Assembly (NCBI GenBank): GCA_002633005.1
Contig: NMRA01000020.1
Span: 211,621 to 275,620 of the forward strand
Source of the DNA: Phoronis australis
Taxonomy: Eukaryota > Animalia > Phoronida
Reading direction: 5' to 3'
DNA length: 64,000 nt
Below the pieces are notes generated by a model that did no database searches, was not told where the DNA came from, and saw only the letters and a list, made by a program, of their open reading frames with translations. This document shows, one piece after another, positions 1-13,955 of the stretch; the first letter of the stretch is position 1, and each line of letters opens with the position of its first letter. The translations under genes and the position numbers were made by a program.

Positions 1-299
1 TTTCTTACTAACCTTACATGAGTCTTTATGACCATCAATGTCGAACTTTGTCACCAGTTTTCCAAGTTTGATCTTTTGCCGTTCCAAAAGAGCAGTTTTA
101 CTGACATGAAAAAAAGGCAAAATATGCCTTTATAGGCAAATAGGTCATATCTCGGTAACCAAAGGTCATTGAGTGCAAATATTGCAGCAGTGTACATGTA
201 CTTTGGGCCAGCATCCCAACACATGCACAAATATTATCTGTGTATGAATTTTTGAGTATATAGTGATTTTTCATTTTCATATGGTTTTTATATGGAATC

Positions 300-1020
300 A
301 TTCTTAAGATGTCGAAGGTAGGGCAGGCCTGCAGTAAATGCTCAGGTGTCTGAGGGCCAGTGCCACATGAGCCTTCTTCAGTCCCCCGACGTAGGCGTTC
401 CCTCCAGGCATTTCTAAAGTGACTTCGTAGGAGGGGTTTTACTTCTCCATACGATGATGGGTGCCCCGTCTGCTCCAGTTTGCTTACTTCCTTGGAGAGT
501 CTGTCTGCTTCATCGTTGCCGCTGATGCCGCATTGGGGGGCAATCCATTGCAGCACAACAGTGGTTTTGCTGCAGAGGATGTGCATCTCCTGCTTGATGT
601 ATGTCTCTTCTTCTCGCATGAAGGCTCTGCAGGAGAGATTGGCAGTCTGTGAGAAAGACTTTCTGATCCGGGAGCCTTGTTTGCTGGTTCAGTGGATGCG
701 TTGCAAGGTACATGCCATTTTCCTCAGCTCTGTAGTTGGTGGAGTGAAGGTGTGTGGCAACAGACTTGCATAGAGAGCTACCGTCTGTGTATATGATGAA
801 TAGACCACCTCATCCCTTTCTGACATTCTCAACAGAGCCATTAGTATAGACTCGGGTCCAGGTGGTGGTGGAATAGTCTGTCCAGAGTTTCTAAGGTGAG
901 GGCCTTCAGGACTGCCTCCAGTTGTGTCTGCTTTGCTCCTATCTCAGTAATGTCAAAGATGATAAGAGGAACGTCCAGCTACCATTCGTCAAAGTCTTAG
1001 AGCATTTCGAGTGACGTGTT
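300..1020 (-). mobile_element. Degenerate 3' fragment of an RNase H-encoding non-LTR retrotransposon
   Basis: RNase H motifs in shifted frames (FLTDCQSLLQSL; LQWIAPQCGISGNDEADRLSK) are followed by a zinc-knuckle-like CGTGPQTPEHLLQAC. Boundaries are approximate. Confidence 0.75.
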
Positions 1021-1149
1021 TCCGGTTAAGCAGTATGGCCGCTTAATTTTCACCGTGCGGCTGAGTACTCCTAATTTTTGTCTGACAGTTCAATATGCTC
1101 AGGGGATAGAAGTCAAACCAGGAGAAGATGACGTATTTTCACCCGCAGA

Positions 1150-4090
1150 ATCATAACCAACTTGGTTTACAAGCTCCCAGAAAACGTGGATACATTTTGT
1201 AACACGTTAGATGATGTGAAAACTAGACCATTCGAAACCGGTTGAAGCACTTGATATGACTGAGAAAAATTGTGTGGAGTTGAACAGACTCAAAAGTGAA
1301 AATACCGTATTCACTAATCGTGTGAACAACCTGCAATGTTATTGATGTTGGAGCCCAATCTAGAAGAAGTAATTTACAGTTCGCAGGGGTTCGAGAGTAG
1401 CAGAATGAGTCGTGGGCGGACACAGAAAATTAACTAAAAGATTTGATGACAGCGCATAAGTTGATCGAAAACACCAAAAACTTCAGTCTTGAGCAAGTTC
1501 ACCGGATTAAACCAAAGCGGGTTGGTAAATTACGAGTTATACTTGCGAAATTTATTCACTTTAAAGACAGAGATGTTGTGTGTAAAAATCGATTTAATAC
1601 GGATGCCCGAAAAATGAACTATAGATTAATGAAGACATGGTTTTCTTGTTTTGGATGGACGACATATTGGGTTTGGCTTAACCTATTTGTTTATTTACAT
1701 ATATTAAGGAAATATCGCAATTTTTCTAGAGTAAAATGTCTTATATAAATGCTGTCTCACTTAACTGTAGAGGTCTGGCAGACAAAATGAAGAGAAAAGA
1801 TTATTTTAGGCGGTTTAGAAAAGACAATTTTCATATCAGCGTAAACTACTAGAGGAGTTGCTACATTGTTTAATAATAATTTTGAGTATGTTGTTCTTCG
1901 TCAGGTTATTGACCCAGCGGGTAATGATCTAGGTTTAGACATTACTATCAATAATGATATTAAATCTACGCTGGTTAACATATACGGTCCAAACCAAGAC
2001 AAACCTAGATTTTTCAAAAACATAATGAAACCGATAGACGATTTTGAAAACAATACTTTTGTAATGTATGGGGACTGCAATATGATAATCGATAGCTCAA
2101 AAGAAATTTTAACATTCCAAATGCACGCAAATATGTTTTAGAGGTTGTAAAAGGAAAAAAAATTGTTGTCTTTTGGAGAGCATTTCGCCAAGATGAAAAT
2201 AGTTTCGCATGGTTTAAAAAACACCATGCGAAAATGGGTAGATTGGATTTTTTTCTGCTACGGAAGAACTTTTCTCCAGTTTTTCAGATTCTTCTATTTT
2301 GCCAGCCTATAGATCAGATCACGCCGCGGTGTTAGTTAAATTTTGCATTTGTGAAGGAAAAAGAGGGAAGGGCTATTGGAAGTTTAACAATTCATTGTTG
2401 CGTAATCCACATTTTGTCAAAACAATAAAGGACGAAACTGAAAATATTAAATTTACATATGCTGTCAGTCCGTACTCAAGAGAGTTTATTTCTCGTTGCC
2501 GAAATGAATTGAGGGTTCGAATAATTCAATTTTAATCCACAATTAAACACCAGAATATTCAGAGAGAGAACACTCTTCTGGCTAACATCGCAGAAGTTGA
2601 CGGAAAATTGAAAAAGGAACTAAGTAAATATTTTTGTAATTTAGAAAATAGTAATTATAAGGTTAAAATATAAACGCAATAAAAAAAAAAACAAAAAAAA
2701 AAAACGACGGAACGAGCATTACTAACCTAAGTGATATTTTAGAAGAACAAAAAGATTATTCTATGGAAACCTGTATGATCTTCAGGATATAGACCACGGT
2801 GCTGAAATGTTTCGATTTATAAAAGGTGAGAATTTTGCTAAAAGTGTCTCGTGAAGAAAAGTTCAGGTGATATAACTTATCATGAACCTGTTGCAAGTTT
2901 GAAGAAAACTAAAAATAATAAAAAGCCCCAGGCTTGGACGGATTTTCTGTACAATTCATTAAATTTGTTTGGAAAGACACGGGACATTTTCTTTTACGGA
3001 GTGTAAATGATGCATATGAAACAAATAATTTGTCGGTTACACAGTTACAGGGTGTTATTACTTGCATTAGATAATTTAATTTAAGGCTCTAGGAATTCAA
3101 TTTAATAATGGCCTTCATGATATCTCATCAATTAATCTTAACCAAATATTTTAGAAATTAAAAATTTGCTCAAAACTTGGAATTGTAGGGCCTTACAGTA
3201 ATTAAAATATTAACTCTACCAAAAACTTCGCATGTGTTACTCTCACTGCCCAATCCAGATGACAATATAATAAATGAACTAGAGAAACACTTCTTCAAAT
3301 TTTATTTGGAACAAAACGCTTACGTGGTATTGAACAAGGAGGCTTAAATATGGTGGATATTAAGTCCTGTGTACATAGCCTAAAATTGTCGTGGATTATA
3401 CGTCTCCTCAAAACTGATAATTCTTGGAATGTCTTTCCTGTCACTTACAAACTGGAAGAGGGATTAAATTTTGGAAGCAATTTCATTATTGTTACTGGTA
3501 ATAGATTTTGGCTGGATGTTTCCTTAGCATGGAAAAAATTTGTGACATGTTTTGTTCCGTTACCAGTATATTGAATGTGCCCTTATGGTTCAATGCAAAA
3601 CTAGAACTTGACTTTGAGAGATTTACTAAATGATGAGGGAACAATTCAGACTTATAATCATTAAAAAGAAAATTTGGTGTAAAGGAGACGTTTTTGGACC
3701 ATCACAGGCATGTGAAGTCAGTTCCGCATATTTTGTTAGATACCCTTTACCATCAGAATATGTAAAACAAAAATTCCCGACAATTTCGATTCCACTGTTG
3801 CATATCGCCAGTGCTCAAACAGGGTGCTCAAACTTTAGGAGGACATTTGTCAGAAATTTGGAAGCCCCAAATTGGCATGTAGACAATGCCCTGCATACGT
3901 GGGGAAGATATTTAAATCATACTTCTGTTGATGGTTTTGATTATTCCAAAATTTATCGATTACCGTATGTTTTAACGTTAAATTCACACTTTTAAGTATG
4001 AATTTAACGTTAAAACAATTTTGCACTGCAAATACCTTTTCAGGTATTTCCAGCGCAAAATTTTACGCCACATTATAACAACAAATGTCT
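1150..4090 (+). mobile_element. Degenerate L1/Tx1-clade LINE (ORF1, APE endonuclease, parts of ORF2; RT core largely deleted)
   Basis: ORF1-like EQVHRI..RVILAKFIHFKDRD. APE motifs LNCRGLAD, TLVNIYGPNQD, GDCN, SDH, YWKFNNSLL. PGLDGF near 2930 and GGLNMVDI near 3340. Many stops and frameshifts. Confidence 0.85.
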
Positions 4091-4589
4091 TTTAACGTTA
4101 ATTAAAGATTGAGCACTTATCGGCTTCCTAAGTCAGCTGACATCTTCATTTTGTCCGTAAAACGTGTTTGGCGGTCCGTTAACCGTGTTTCCTCGTGAAT
4201 ATGAGTCCGTGTCCCGTGTATTTGGATGCGTGGATCGTGTTTTGTGAGTCCGTTCCCGTGTTTGTGAGTCAGTGGACGGTGTTTGCAGGTCCGTGAGTCG
4301 TGTTTATGAGTCCGTTGACCGTGTAGTTTAGGTACTTTGAAAATTATTGAGGATGCTGTGACGGTTATTTGCAAAGAGCGGGACACAAATTTGGATGTAA
4401 TGTGGTTCATAAAGAGAGCGTTCTCGCATTACCTCCTGCCAAAATTTCAAATCAGTCATGCGTAAACGAGTGATTATCCCTCATTACATACTCGGACGGA
4501 AATACGAAGTTTAGTCGGCGAATGCCTGGTTTGACGAAATTGTTTATCTGGTTGTATTTTTGCATATTACTTAAGTTGCTAACATCGCT

Positions 4590-5372
4590 GGAAATGGGAA
4601 CAGCCTACTATTTGGAGGTTTTACTAGTCCAAAGGTTCACTATTCTGAAGGCTAACTACTTCGAATATTCACTACTCCGAAGGTTCACTGCTCCAAATTT
4701 ATCTAAACTTTTACATGCAAAAATAAACGATACTTATCTTATTTGATGCATCTATACCAAAACAACGCCCCGGCACTAAAAAACTTTGTTTGGATTTCAT
4801 GTAGACAGCGACCACAGTCTCTACCTGGCCACAGTACCACTAGAAACAGTGGTCAGATTTCATGTGCATGCGAAATTGCCCTCATGTCTTAAAATGAGTA
4901 CGCTCTTGCATTTTTAAAATTATATGAAATAGGAATACTGATGAATTATCAACCAAGACACATTCATCAAATCTATGTAAAGATCGCAACGCAGCGTGAC
5001 TGAAAAGTTTAGGGCCGCTGCGCCTCATCCTCACCCAAGGAACGACGCACACAGCCGGGTCGAAACTAAGTGAAGTAGGCCACCCTGCCTCTGCCAGTCC
5101 TCACGAAGTCAGGGAGTCCCATTCAGTCTTCTTAAATTAGAAAAAAAACGTCGTTGGTCGCCGCAGCCTTGACCCGAGCCCCACATGTTGTCTCTGCTTG
5201 AGAATGAGTCGTGACCACACAGAGTTGTGAACTGTCAGATTGGAGTTCTGGCTTTGGAATTGCGGGAATATAAAGTAGTGAATTTTCGAAGGTAATGTAC
5301 CTTCTGAGTAGTGAACCTTCGGAGTAATGGACCTTCAGAGTAGTGAATCTTCGTCATAGTGGCATGTAACCT
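4590..5372. mobile_element. Non-autonomous foldback/MITE-like element with inverted arrays of ~20-bp subrepeats
   Basis: AAGGTTCACTAYTCYGAAGG-like units at ~4610-4700 recur as the reverse complement at ~5270-5355. Confidence 0.5.
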
Positions 5373-5639
5373 TGGATATCTTTCCATCAAGTTTGTTGCT
5401 CGTATGAAGTCTGCAGGGCTGTGGACCATTGACACTGATTGACTAGAGAAGGTTTTCTTCCTTAAATAAAGTTGAGGTCTAGGCCTACTTTTCCCTCATA
5501 AAGTGAAAAGGTTTGACAGGGTATTCTAAGTGCAAGAAAACACAGTTATTGAATGTCTGGTTTTTTGAGCACGACGGAGAATTGCTGAACTAACCCGTCA
5601 GCGTGTACTGAATTTAAAAGAACGGAAATGCACACACGT

Positions 5640-6590
5640 GTACACGCATGGATGTCAATTCACCAATCCACACTCAAAGTCTCAACTGGAGCAAACTAGC
5701 AACCCGTCGTAAACTCCACCTGTCCATGTATACATTCAAAGTCTTAACCAACATAAATAATTATTCAAACAAAATCCTCTTTGACTTCTACTAAAGACCA
5801 AACACGAGACCAGGACTGCAGCAAAGTAATATGCACACTATTCCATCTTCCCTCAGCCAAGCCTTCAAGAGATTAACGATATTAACTTGTATTGACAACT
5901 GGAATTCCTTACCATCCAAAATAAAAGAAAGCGCTTCAATCGTCACTCTCAAAAATAACTTTAAAGTGCATACCACTACTCAAGACTTGCCAGTCCCATT
6001 GACATCATTCCAACTTCCTCGCAACCATGAAATAACTGTACACAGATAAAGATGCGGTCTATTCCCGTAAAACGAGAAATTCAGACACAATTTTAATAAT
6101 ATTTCGCCTCTGTGTTGCTGTGGTAACACCCAGACAAATGCTCGTGTTTTCTTTGCTTGTGAGGTATGCAAGGACCAGGGGGTACAGCTTTTCCAGACAC
6201 TCGAACAATTACCCAATGTTTACAAACAATATTCTGAAATTCCGCAATTGTTCAACAAAATTAATTTTTATATATGGATGTCATAAACTCAACCCAAATG
6301 AAAATAAGGTTTTATTCGTAATAGTATCAAAATTTCTTTATAATATTAAATCTCTTTGTGTGAGTGTATAGAATTGTATATATGTTTATGAAAATGATTT
6401 ATTTACAATCGTAATCATGTATCATTGTAATATTAACATCATTTTTTAAATTTATTTGTTTGTGTATATTAATTGCATATAGACTTCTTTGTATTTTTTA
6501 ACTCAGATATAATGCCTCTTGGAGGTTTCTGGGTTATGTGTATTCATTGTATTCTGAAGATTTTATTATAAACATTAATGAAAAAATAAA
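5640..6590 (+). mobile_element. 3' fragment of a CR1/L2-group LINE
   Basis: C-terminal ORF2 motif WNSLPSKIK...LK, then a Cys-Cys-His-Cys remnant, an AT-rich UTR, a terminal hairpin (6500-6535) and an A-rich end. Confidence 0.6.
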
Positions 6591-7060
6591 AAGTGGACAC
6601 TGGACGAACAATATATTTACATATTTGACGATCACTTTCAATTCGAAATTTGAAATGCCCGCACATTCCCGTACTATGCTAGCAAGTATATCAAAATTGC
6701 AGACAAAGAGATCTACTTTCTACTGTTTTGTTTCTTGGCTGATGTTAGGCATTCACACAACATTATTTTTTGGGAGCTCTTTTGTTGCTATATAGCTTAC
6801 TTAGGTCATGAGACTAGACTTTTGTGCCTAGGTATAGACATTCGCTTCTAGACTCTCTTTTTACCCTTTGGTGTAGCTATCACGCCCGTGGTTTATGAAT
6901 AACATAAAGCCTTCTTTTATCGTCTGCACGATCCTGTCATCTACAAAAACACCGGCACTCGAGCGAAGTTGGCCAGGTACGGCACGATGCCACGTGAAGC
7001 GCTTTGAATTAGAAGCAAATTCAAAATTATTACTAACTTAGTTATTGTTGTAGTTAGTAA

Positions 7061-7819
7061 CAGTGGCGGATTTAGAGGGGGCCAAGATTGCCATGGCCCC
7101 CCTAAAATTCTCCAAGATTACATTTGGCAGTTCGGGGGTGCGAATGTCTGACACCCTTGACTCAATTCTCCCTTCCCCGCGATAACGAAATAGCATTGTA
7201 CAAATCAAGATGTGGCCTTTTCTTCAACTCTGACATGTTCAGGCACAACTTTAGTAATGTCTCTCCAAACTGTAAATGTGGTGACCATCAATCTTATCAT
7301 CATATTTTCTTCAAATGTCCCCTCATCGAATACGTGAGAGGCGCACTCTTTCGTGCACTCAATGAAAACCAATCAATTGTTAACGCTCTCAATTCTTGTA
7401 ATAATACCCCTACTAGAGTTACATTATTATTGAATGGTAGTCCTAACCTTGACCTCGTTATCAACGAATTCCTCCTAAGCAGCGTTAGTAAATTTTTAGG
7501 TACCGTTTATCAATATTGTTGCATCTGATTTCCATACATGAATCTGTACATATTTTTTGTTTTCATATATTTGTAATAGCATATCTAAGTATTGGAATAC
7601 TTATATTAGATACTACTTAAATGTATATACCTCTATATGTATATTAGTTTCATTACAACCCAGATATAATGCTTCGCACTTTCTGGGTTTGTCATTATTT
7701 CTTTGTATGTTCTGTGTATTCTTCAATAAATATATATCACTTCAAAAAATGTCTGACGGGCAAAATCCTGGCTAAAATTCCCCCTGGACCCCTAGCTCAA
7801 AATCATGGATCTGGACCTG
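7061..7819 (+). mobile_element. CAGTGGCGGAT-type MITE interrupted by a LINE insertion
   Basis: Starts CAGTGGCGGATTTAG. Flanks AGTAA/AGTAG form a near-perfect 5-bp TSD. An uninterrupted homolog lies at 17824-17991 on the opposite strand. Confidence 0.75.
7153..7747 (+). mobile_element. 5'-truncated CR1/L2-group LINE copy with 10-bp TSD
   Basis: AATGTCTGAC is duplicated at 7143-7152 and 7748-7757. The ORF carries CKCGDHQSYHHIFFKC. It is related to the 5640-6590 fragment and has a 3' hairpin at 7657-7689. Confidence 0.8.
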
Positions 7820-9359
7820 AGTAGTACCAGTAGTTGCAACAATTTTGTATGTCCATTTATATCCTTTCTTTTACGGATATTCTGGTAATGGACCTTTCCA
7901 GCGGCGGAGGGGTTCGATCGAACTCCCCTGGATACGGGCCTGTCCACGTCATCCTTCTATGCTTTGTACACCTCGTTGACTCAATATTCTGGCAACTCAG
8001 TGAATGAAAGTTGATCTACAAAATCTTTTTTTTGTTGCTACACGTTACTTATCTCATATTTCAAGTTCCCCGACAATGAAGATAAAGTATATTGCAAAAA
8101 CGGCCAATTTTTGTGAACAAGGTTTGAGATAACCTCAAAATACAACTTGCGGTTACTCGTGGAGATCATAGGATATTAGCAAGATAAAACACACTAGTGT
8201 TGACTTACAAAGTAAATGACAGTAATAGGTGAATTGTTATCTCACAGCATTAAAAACCAAACCACGTGACGGCTGTGATGTCATGCAGCAGAGGACAAAG
8301 ACCACCTTTCCGATAAAACTTAGATAACTCTGCATTTCATGTCCGGGACAAGCAGTAGGAGGCGTGGATGTATATTTCAGAAGCTATCATTACTTTTAAA
8401 AAAGCACGACTGGTTTTCAAAAATTTTTCATTAAAAATTAGCATCATGGTATTCCAAGTGTAGCTGTTTCTTCGATAATTGTTTTTCATGCGTTTTCCTG
8501 TTGATTTCGGCCAGTAGTCACTTTCATATTTCAAAATTCTATTTAAGTGTCACCTGCACAGTGAGTACCACTAGCGACGATACGATATAACCAAGACTAT
8601 TACAACGAGTAAGTGGCCAGCTATTAAAGCTGGTGCGTTGAGGATGTCACAACTGCTCGTTCAATTCACGTCTAATGCGATATACGTTCACTATGCCGCA
8701 ATGTCCACACGAATTCGACTGTACGTAGTGGGCGGCTTTGAGATACGGCTAGCACCGTTCCAATGGCGAGCGTTCATGTACATCGGAGTGATGCCCAGAA
8801 ACAGATTGGGCGCGATTGATATTCTGCTTGCACTGCTACCATGGGGAGCCCATGTATACCTCATAGGGTGAAATTAAGTGAAGCAGTACTGCAAGAACAG
8901 GCTTTTTGATCAAGTTTTGCCTAAAAAGGCAGTGTTGTTAGTGTTCAACGATGCGCCCTGGCACTAAACACATCAGGGAGGAGAACGTTTGACCTATCTT
9001 CTTTTTTCCAGAACTCCAATAATGTTTTCCAATTTAGAGGTGTCGGGATTTAAAGGTTTTTTCAAAAGCGAAAGGATTTTTTAGGTAGAGGGCTGAGATA
9101 AAGTTTGCCTCGCAAACGAAAGAACCCAAATGTTTGCCGTAAAAAATAAAAGTTGTATAAAACAGACGATACTTTACAAATTGGAATGATATACAGTTAA
9201 AAGACAAAATATTTGTCAGGCTTTCTACATCATCGGATATGCACTTTTGTCGAGACGTTTTCTAGATATTTGTCTAAATGAACAGACTAGTTGATGAGGT
9301 CCAACATAACACTAGAAAAACACTTTCGACTTCCAAAGTTGTACGTGCAGCATAAAACA

Positions 9360-9620
9360 AAGCAGTGTCATCAATCGGCATTATCACCATTTTGCGGTTG
9401 TCGACACTATTAATCAGATCATTCAATGTAAATGCTGAAAACAGAAGGCTTAGATTAGTGGACGGTCAAGAAATCTTAATAATGGCCGTTAACATCTGTA
9501 CACTGAGTTCTGTCTGACAAGTATGACCTGAGCAATTAAGCTTGTTCATAGGAGAGCCACGATGGACCGTGTCAAAGGCTTCTGTCAGGTCTAAAAACAC
9601 GCCCTCCAAGCCACACAACT
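9360..9620 (-). mobile_element. Old CR1/L2-type RT fragment, also present at ~25140-25430
   Basis: GVFLDL(T/K)EAFDTVH RT motif in both duplicate copies. Confidence 0.65.
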
Positions 9621-9817
9621 AGTAATGTGTAACGTCAATCAGATTTATGACCGTGGATAATCCAGGGACCGGGATCTAATCTAAAACATGACCAAGTTCA
9701 GTCGGTATTGAATTGTTGCAGTATGAGCTAGAATCTCAAACCAGAGACAATTTGTTTAGGTTTGTATGGGCCATCTTCGAATTGGCAATTACAGAGTTGG
9801 TCATGCCCGAATAAAAT

Positions 9818-12800
9818 GGGGCTATTCGGAGAATTCTCCACGCGGTGTCTGTGCTGTACTAGTGGTGACTGAATTGCGCATACGTCGCTGTCTGCATGTA
9901 AACAACTGGTAAAAGATGGAATTGTTATCAAAGTACGTTGTACCGCTAAGCCTTATTATTGCTATTTTACCTGGTGCAAGTCTTCGACAGGTGGCCACAA
10001 AGTCCCAAAAGACCTAAGGTTACTATATTCGTGGACAATTGCGGTCAAAACGGTCAACCAAGTGACAAAAAGTCTATGGATGCTGAAGCCTTTGTGTACT
10101 CTATGCATTTCTATTGAGAGACTACAAAAACATTCCTTGGTAAGTTTTTAGTAATCAGTTTCTATCGACATCGTTCGGTGATGTTATCCCCACCAGTTAC
10201 CCCACTGAGTAACAGGTTTATTGAGTGGAACTAAGTGTTTCTTTTAGGAAACTCACCCGATGCCGGGTAGGCTATCAGCACATATTCATATCGTCCTGGG
10301 TGGGAGTACGCCTAATATAACATGTGTAAGGTACGTGACGCTCAGAAGTCAAGGGTGACTTTTTCACAGCAGTTTCTCTTCAAAACTATGCTGTGTCCAA
10401 TAAAATTCTCTAGATGACTGAGTTTCCTTATTTTATAGCGGACCCCACCCCCAGGACTACCAGATTAGTTACCGAATTAACATGAATAAGCCTTAATTCA
10501 GTAAATGTTGTAACATTGCACTCGAATAACAATTTACACCTAGAATGAATTTTACTTGCTGAGATCAGAAGCACATTTTAAGTGTCATGAAAAATACACA
10601 TGGTTAAATCACTTTTAGCCTGTTTCACATACTTTAATTCAAATGATAAATAAGACTTGGGTGCAAAGATTATTAGTTTCTACATATAAACATGAAGATG
10701 AAACGTCAAGTATGTTCTGCCTTACAAAAGTAGTTTTGTCTTGTGTTTTCTTTTATAATTTGCTAAATATTTCTCCGACTATTCTGTTACTGGAGAGAGA
10801 AAACAACTGAAACCAACCGCCTGCCCGTCTATTTTACCTTTGGACAAAGTGATAAGCAATCCTTCAGCAATAACCTGAGAGAATTGAACCTAATTCCTAA
10901 ATTCAGCACTTGACATGCCTGATTATGGACTCCATTACATTGTTGTTCCTTTGTATGTATGTGCTTGTTCAGTTTGCCATTTTGTTTTCAAATACACTGA
11001 TAATTGTTTATTCTCGAATCTTGTGCATAGCAGATACTTATCCAACTAGCTACTATTGAAAACATAGTATTACTTTTCTTGCATGTGGAACTTTTGTTCA
11101 CAGACAAGTTAACACAAACCTTAAAATTGTTCAAAGGCCTTCTTGAGAAAGCTTTTAAAATAATTACACACACACAAACAAATCAAATGCAAACAAAGGG
11201 AATGCTTCATTTTGATCGCTGCACATTTCTATAGGTCAACAGGAAAATGACAATTCGCAAGAGCATTCAGTAATCACTTCAGCTTTATCAAGAATAAGCA
11301 CAACTGCACTGTATGGGACTTTAAAACTGAAGAAATACTGTGGATTCAATAATTAGTGACAAACTTGCCTGTTGATTAAAAATTTATTCGATCATCAAAG
11401 TGTAACATTAACGGGCTTTCTACTGACAATAAGACAATCGACACAGTCACTGAATGTCATTTCCCCATAATGTGTACCAAATTGAAAAGTTTTTACCATT
11501 AGTATAAAACCTTTCTTTTGAAAGGAAAAGTTAATGTCACTCAGTGAGAAAGGAAAGGTATTTATACCAGTTGCTTTTGGTTTTCATTTCACTGGTATCT
11601 AGTTTCAGTGGCCTACAGCAGAGCTTGTAAAAAGGTCCAGTTTCGGCATGTGGCTTACTTTCACGTAACCTCATTCAGCCTCAATAACATCCACAATTAG
11701 ACCCTTGAAGTGAAACACAACAGCATATCACCTGAATCGTTTTTGTGCCCAAAATCGGACCCTGACCTAGACCAGAGTGTCACTAGGTCTTCTTTAGCTT
11801 CAGGCCCACATGCTTATTCCAGGAAAGGAAATAAGCTATTGACTCATTGCTTATTAAAGGGCATCCTCAAGGACGAGGCTTACTTGTGTAGCAGTCAGAT
11901 ATAGTTCCTCTTCTTACACAAACAATCCACTGGCACATTGTCTTATGGTAACTTAGTACTGCGATTCACATTTCTCCAGGGCCACTGAGTTGTACAATGC
12001 ATCACTGCTGGTGTGTGGAAGTGCTATGGGAAGAGAACGGAGTAACAAAGCTTGTCTGTGTTACGGCTTGAAGTGGCCTTAAAATATCACTGAACCTGGA
12101 ACAAATATTGAAATATGAATAATTTTAATTAAAAGTGCTCCAGCTTGGGTAAAAAATGCTACCCCTGTTTTTCAAAAATATGATATGGTGACTGCTCTAC
12201 AATTTCACATAAAATTAAATAATTACTATTTTCTGAAACCAGAGGTGTTTATAATAAGTATTGCACAAAACTGCGTCTTTATTCGTAGCCATAACAATTC
12301 GTTAAACGCATCACCTGTCTGCAAAACATACAAGTTTTTTGAGACAACTTCAAACTTTTGTTACCCATTTTCAAACCTTTTTATTTTTGATACTTTCAGC
12401 GATTTTAAACTCCGATTACAGATTCATGGGTCTGTCAAGCATACTTCTAGTCTAAGGCTGAGGGAACCGCTTCTCAGACTTTTCATTTTTCTTCTAATAG
12501 AAGATATGAAGACCTGTGCCAATGATGGATAATCTTTCTGTTGTTTAACAATAATTACAAATGGTAAGGCACCATCAAAAATGCAGTTTTCCCAAAAATG
12601 GCAGTCATTTGAATTTATAAACGACTTGCATTATTTCAAGGCATGAGTTAAGAAAATTCAGCCACTGAGAATTCAGAAAATGTAATATATTTTTATGGGT
12701 TTGCAACTGATAGCAAAACAGTTTCATTAAATAAACTTGAAAGAACTTCATGACGGTTAAGAATTACCTTACCATGCTCTTTCCTCCAGACATGTATTAT

Positions 12801-13668
12801 CTGTTACTTCCACACATTCAGTTGCACCAACTTTTACAAACCCAACCCCCTATGCCAATCCCCCGCTAAGGACCTGAATAAGTAAATTAACAAAACGACT
12901 TACATGCCTTTCTTTAAAAATAGCTGTTCCGTTTCAAAGGCTTTATTCGTTGTCTCCGATATAGAAAGTAGGCTTTGACAACAGATCTGCACTGGATGGG
13001 AATTAAGATCTTGCTGAGCTGCAGAAACCAATTTTTGTCAATCCAGGTAAGGTGCAGCCCTAGAACTTAAAAACCAAAGGTCACGTGAAAACAGACATGA
13101 TGGATTTCCTATTTCAACGTGTAATAGATTTCCGGAGTAAACAAATAGTCTAATGCAATGGATATTTGCCACGTACCCTTTGCCATAGAGCTTGGATTGT
13201 AACCTTAAATCACTAACCAATATCGAGTTGAAAGCATAAACATTCAGCATAGATTGACGTAACTGTCACTGATAAACCTGTTGGAAATCATTCCAAACAA
13301 TAATAATGCTTTGATGTACGAAAAGATCCCGAGTGCTACGTCAAGTGTCTTAACACACATCACAACAAACAAAGATTAACCCGACTGGCGACTGCCGCGA
13401 GGTCGACATCGGCGAGTACCTCAGTTAACAGGCATCAGTAGAATAAACATGGAATAATCGTTAAAATAATCGCAAACCTTACCTTTGTAAAAGGTCGCGC
13501 TTACTTTCTCTCATAGAAGCACCCTTTTCACACAATCTCAGATTCAGTTGGCACGGCTGCAAGCCACTTCACCATGTATTGAAAGGGCTCGCGAAATCGA
13601 GGCTGCTTAATCTATCACCACTAGTACACGCGCGCCCTCAAGTTATTGTAAATTTTCCGAATAGCCCC
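9818..13668. mobile_element. Decayed ISL2EU-type (PIF/Harbinger-related) DNA transposon with both ends intact
   Basis: TIRs GGGGCTATTCGGA(G/A)AATT match at 17/18 positions. AT TSD at 9816-9817 and 13669-13670, confirmed by the empty site AATAAAATTTGAAG at ~25603-25616. Plus strand has THAP (~9950-10130) and DDE-like remnants. Minus strand has SAP-like (QLNLRLCEKGASMRESKRDLLQR|GTAAG) and YqaJ-like (FHTPAVMH...SGLFV*EEELYLTA; GLKLKRP) remnants. Confidence 0.85.
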
Positions 13669-13955
13669 ATTTGAAGGGGGTTTTTGAGTAGCTGATGCTT
13701 ATGATATTCTTGGTGGTAACGGTCATAAAGTCCTATCAGGATAAAGAATGTTATGAAATTAATCCTATGAGATTAAGGTTTATTTCTGTTTTCATTTTAA
13801 GCAGCTAAACAAGGAGAGATGCAAGTAATGTGGCTTTTCAGACGGCATTTAAAATAGCTTGCATTTGTTCAATGCTGTGTTTCTTTTTCCCAAAAAATAC
13901 GCAATTACTCGAAGAACATTGGTGTTTATTATCAGAGCAAAGTTTCAACATGACA

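Noticed and set aside
9818-13668. Alternative assignment as a Spy transposon (AAATTT target, no TSD)
   Set aside because: The empty site contains AAATTT, but comparison shows a 2-bp AT duplication, which fits ISL2EU.
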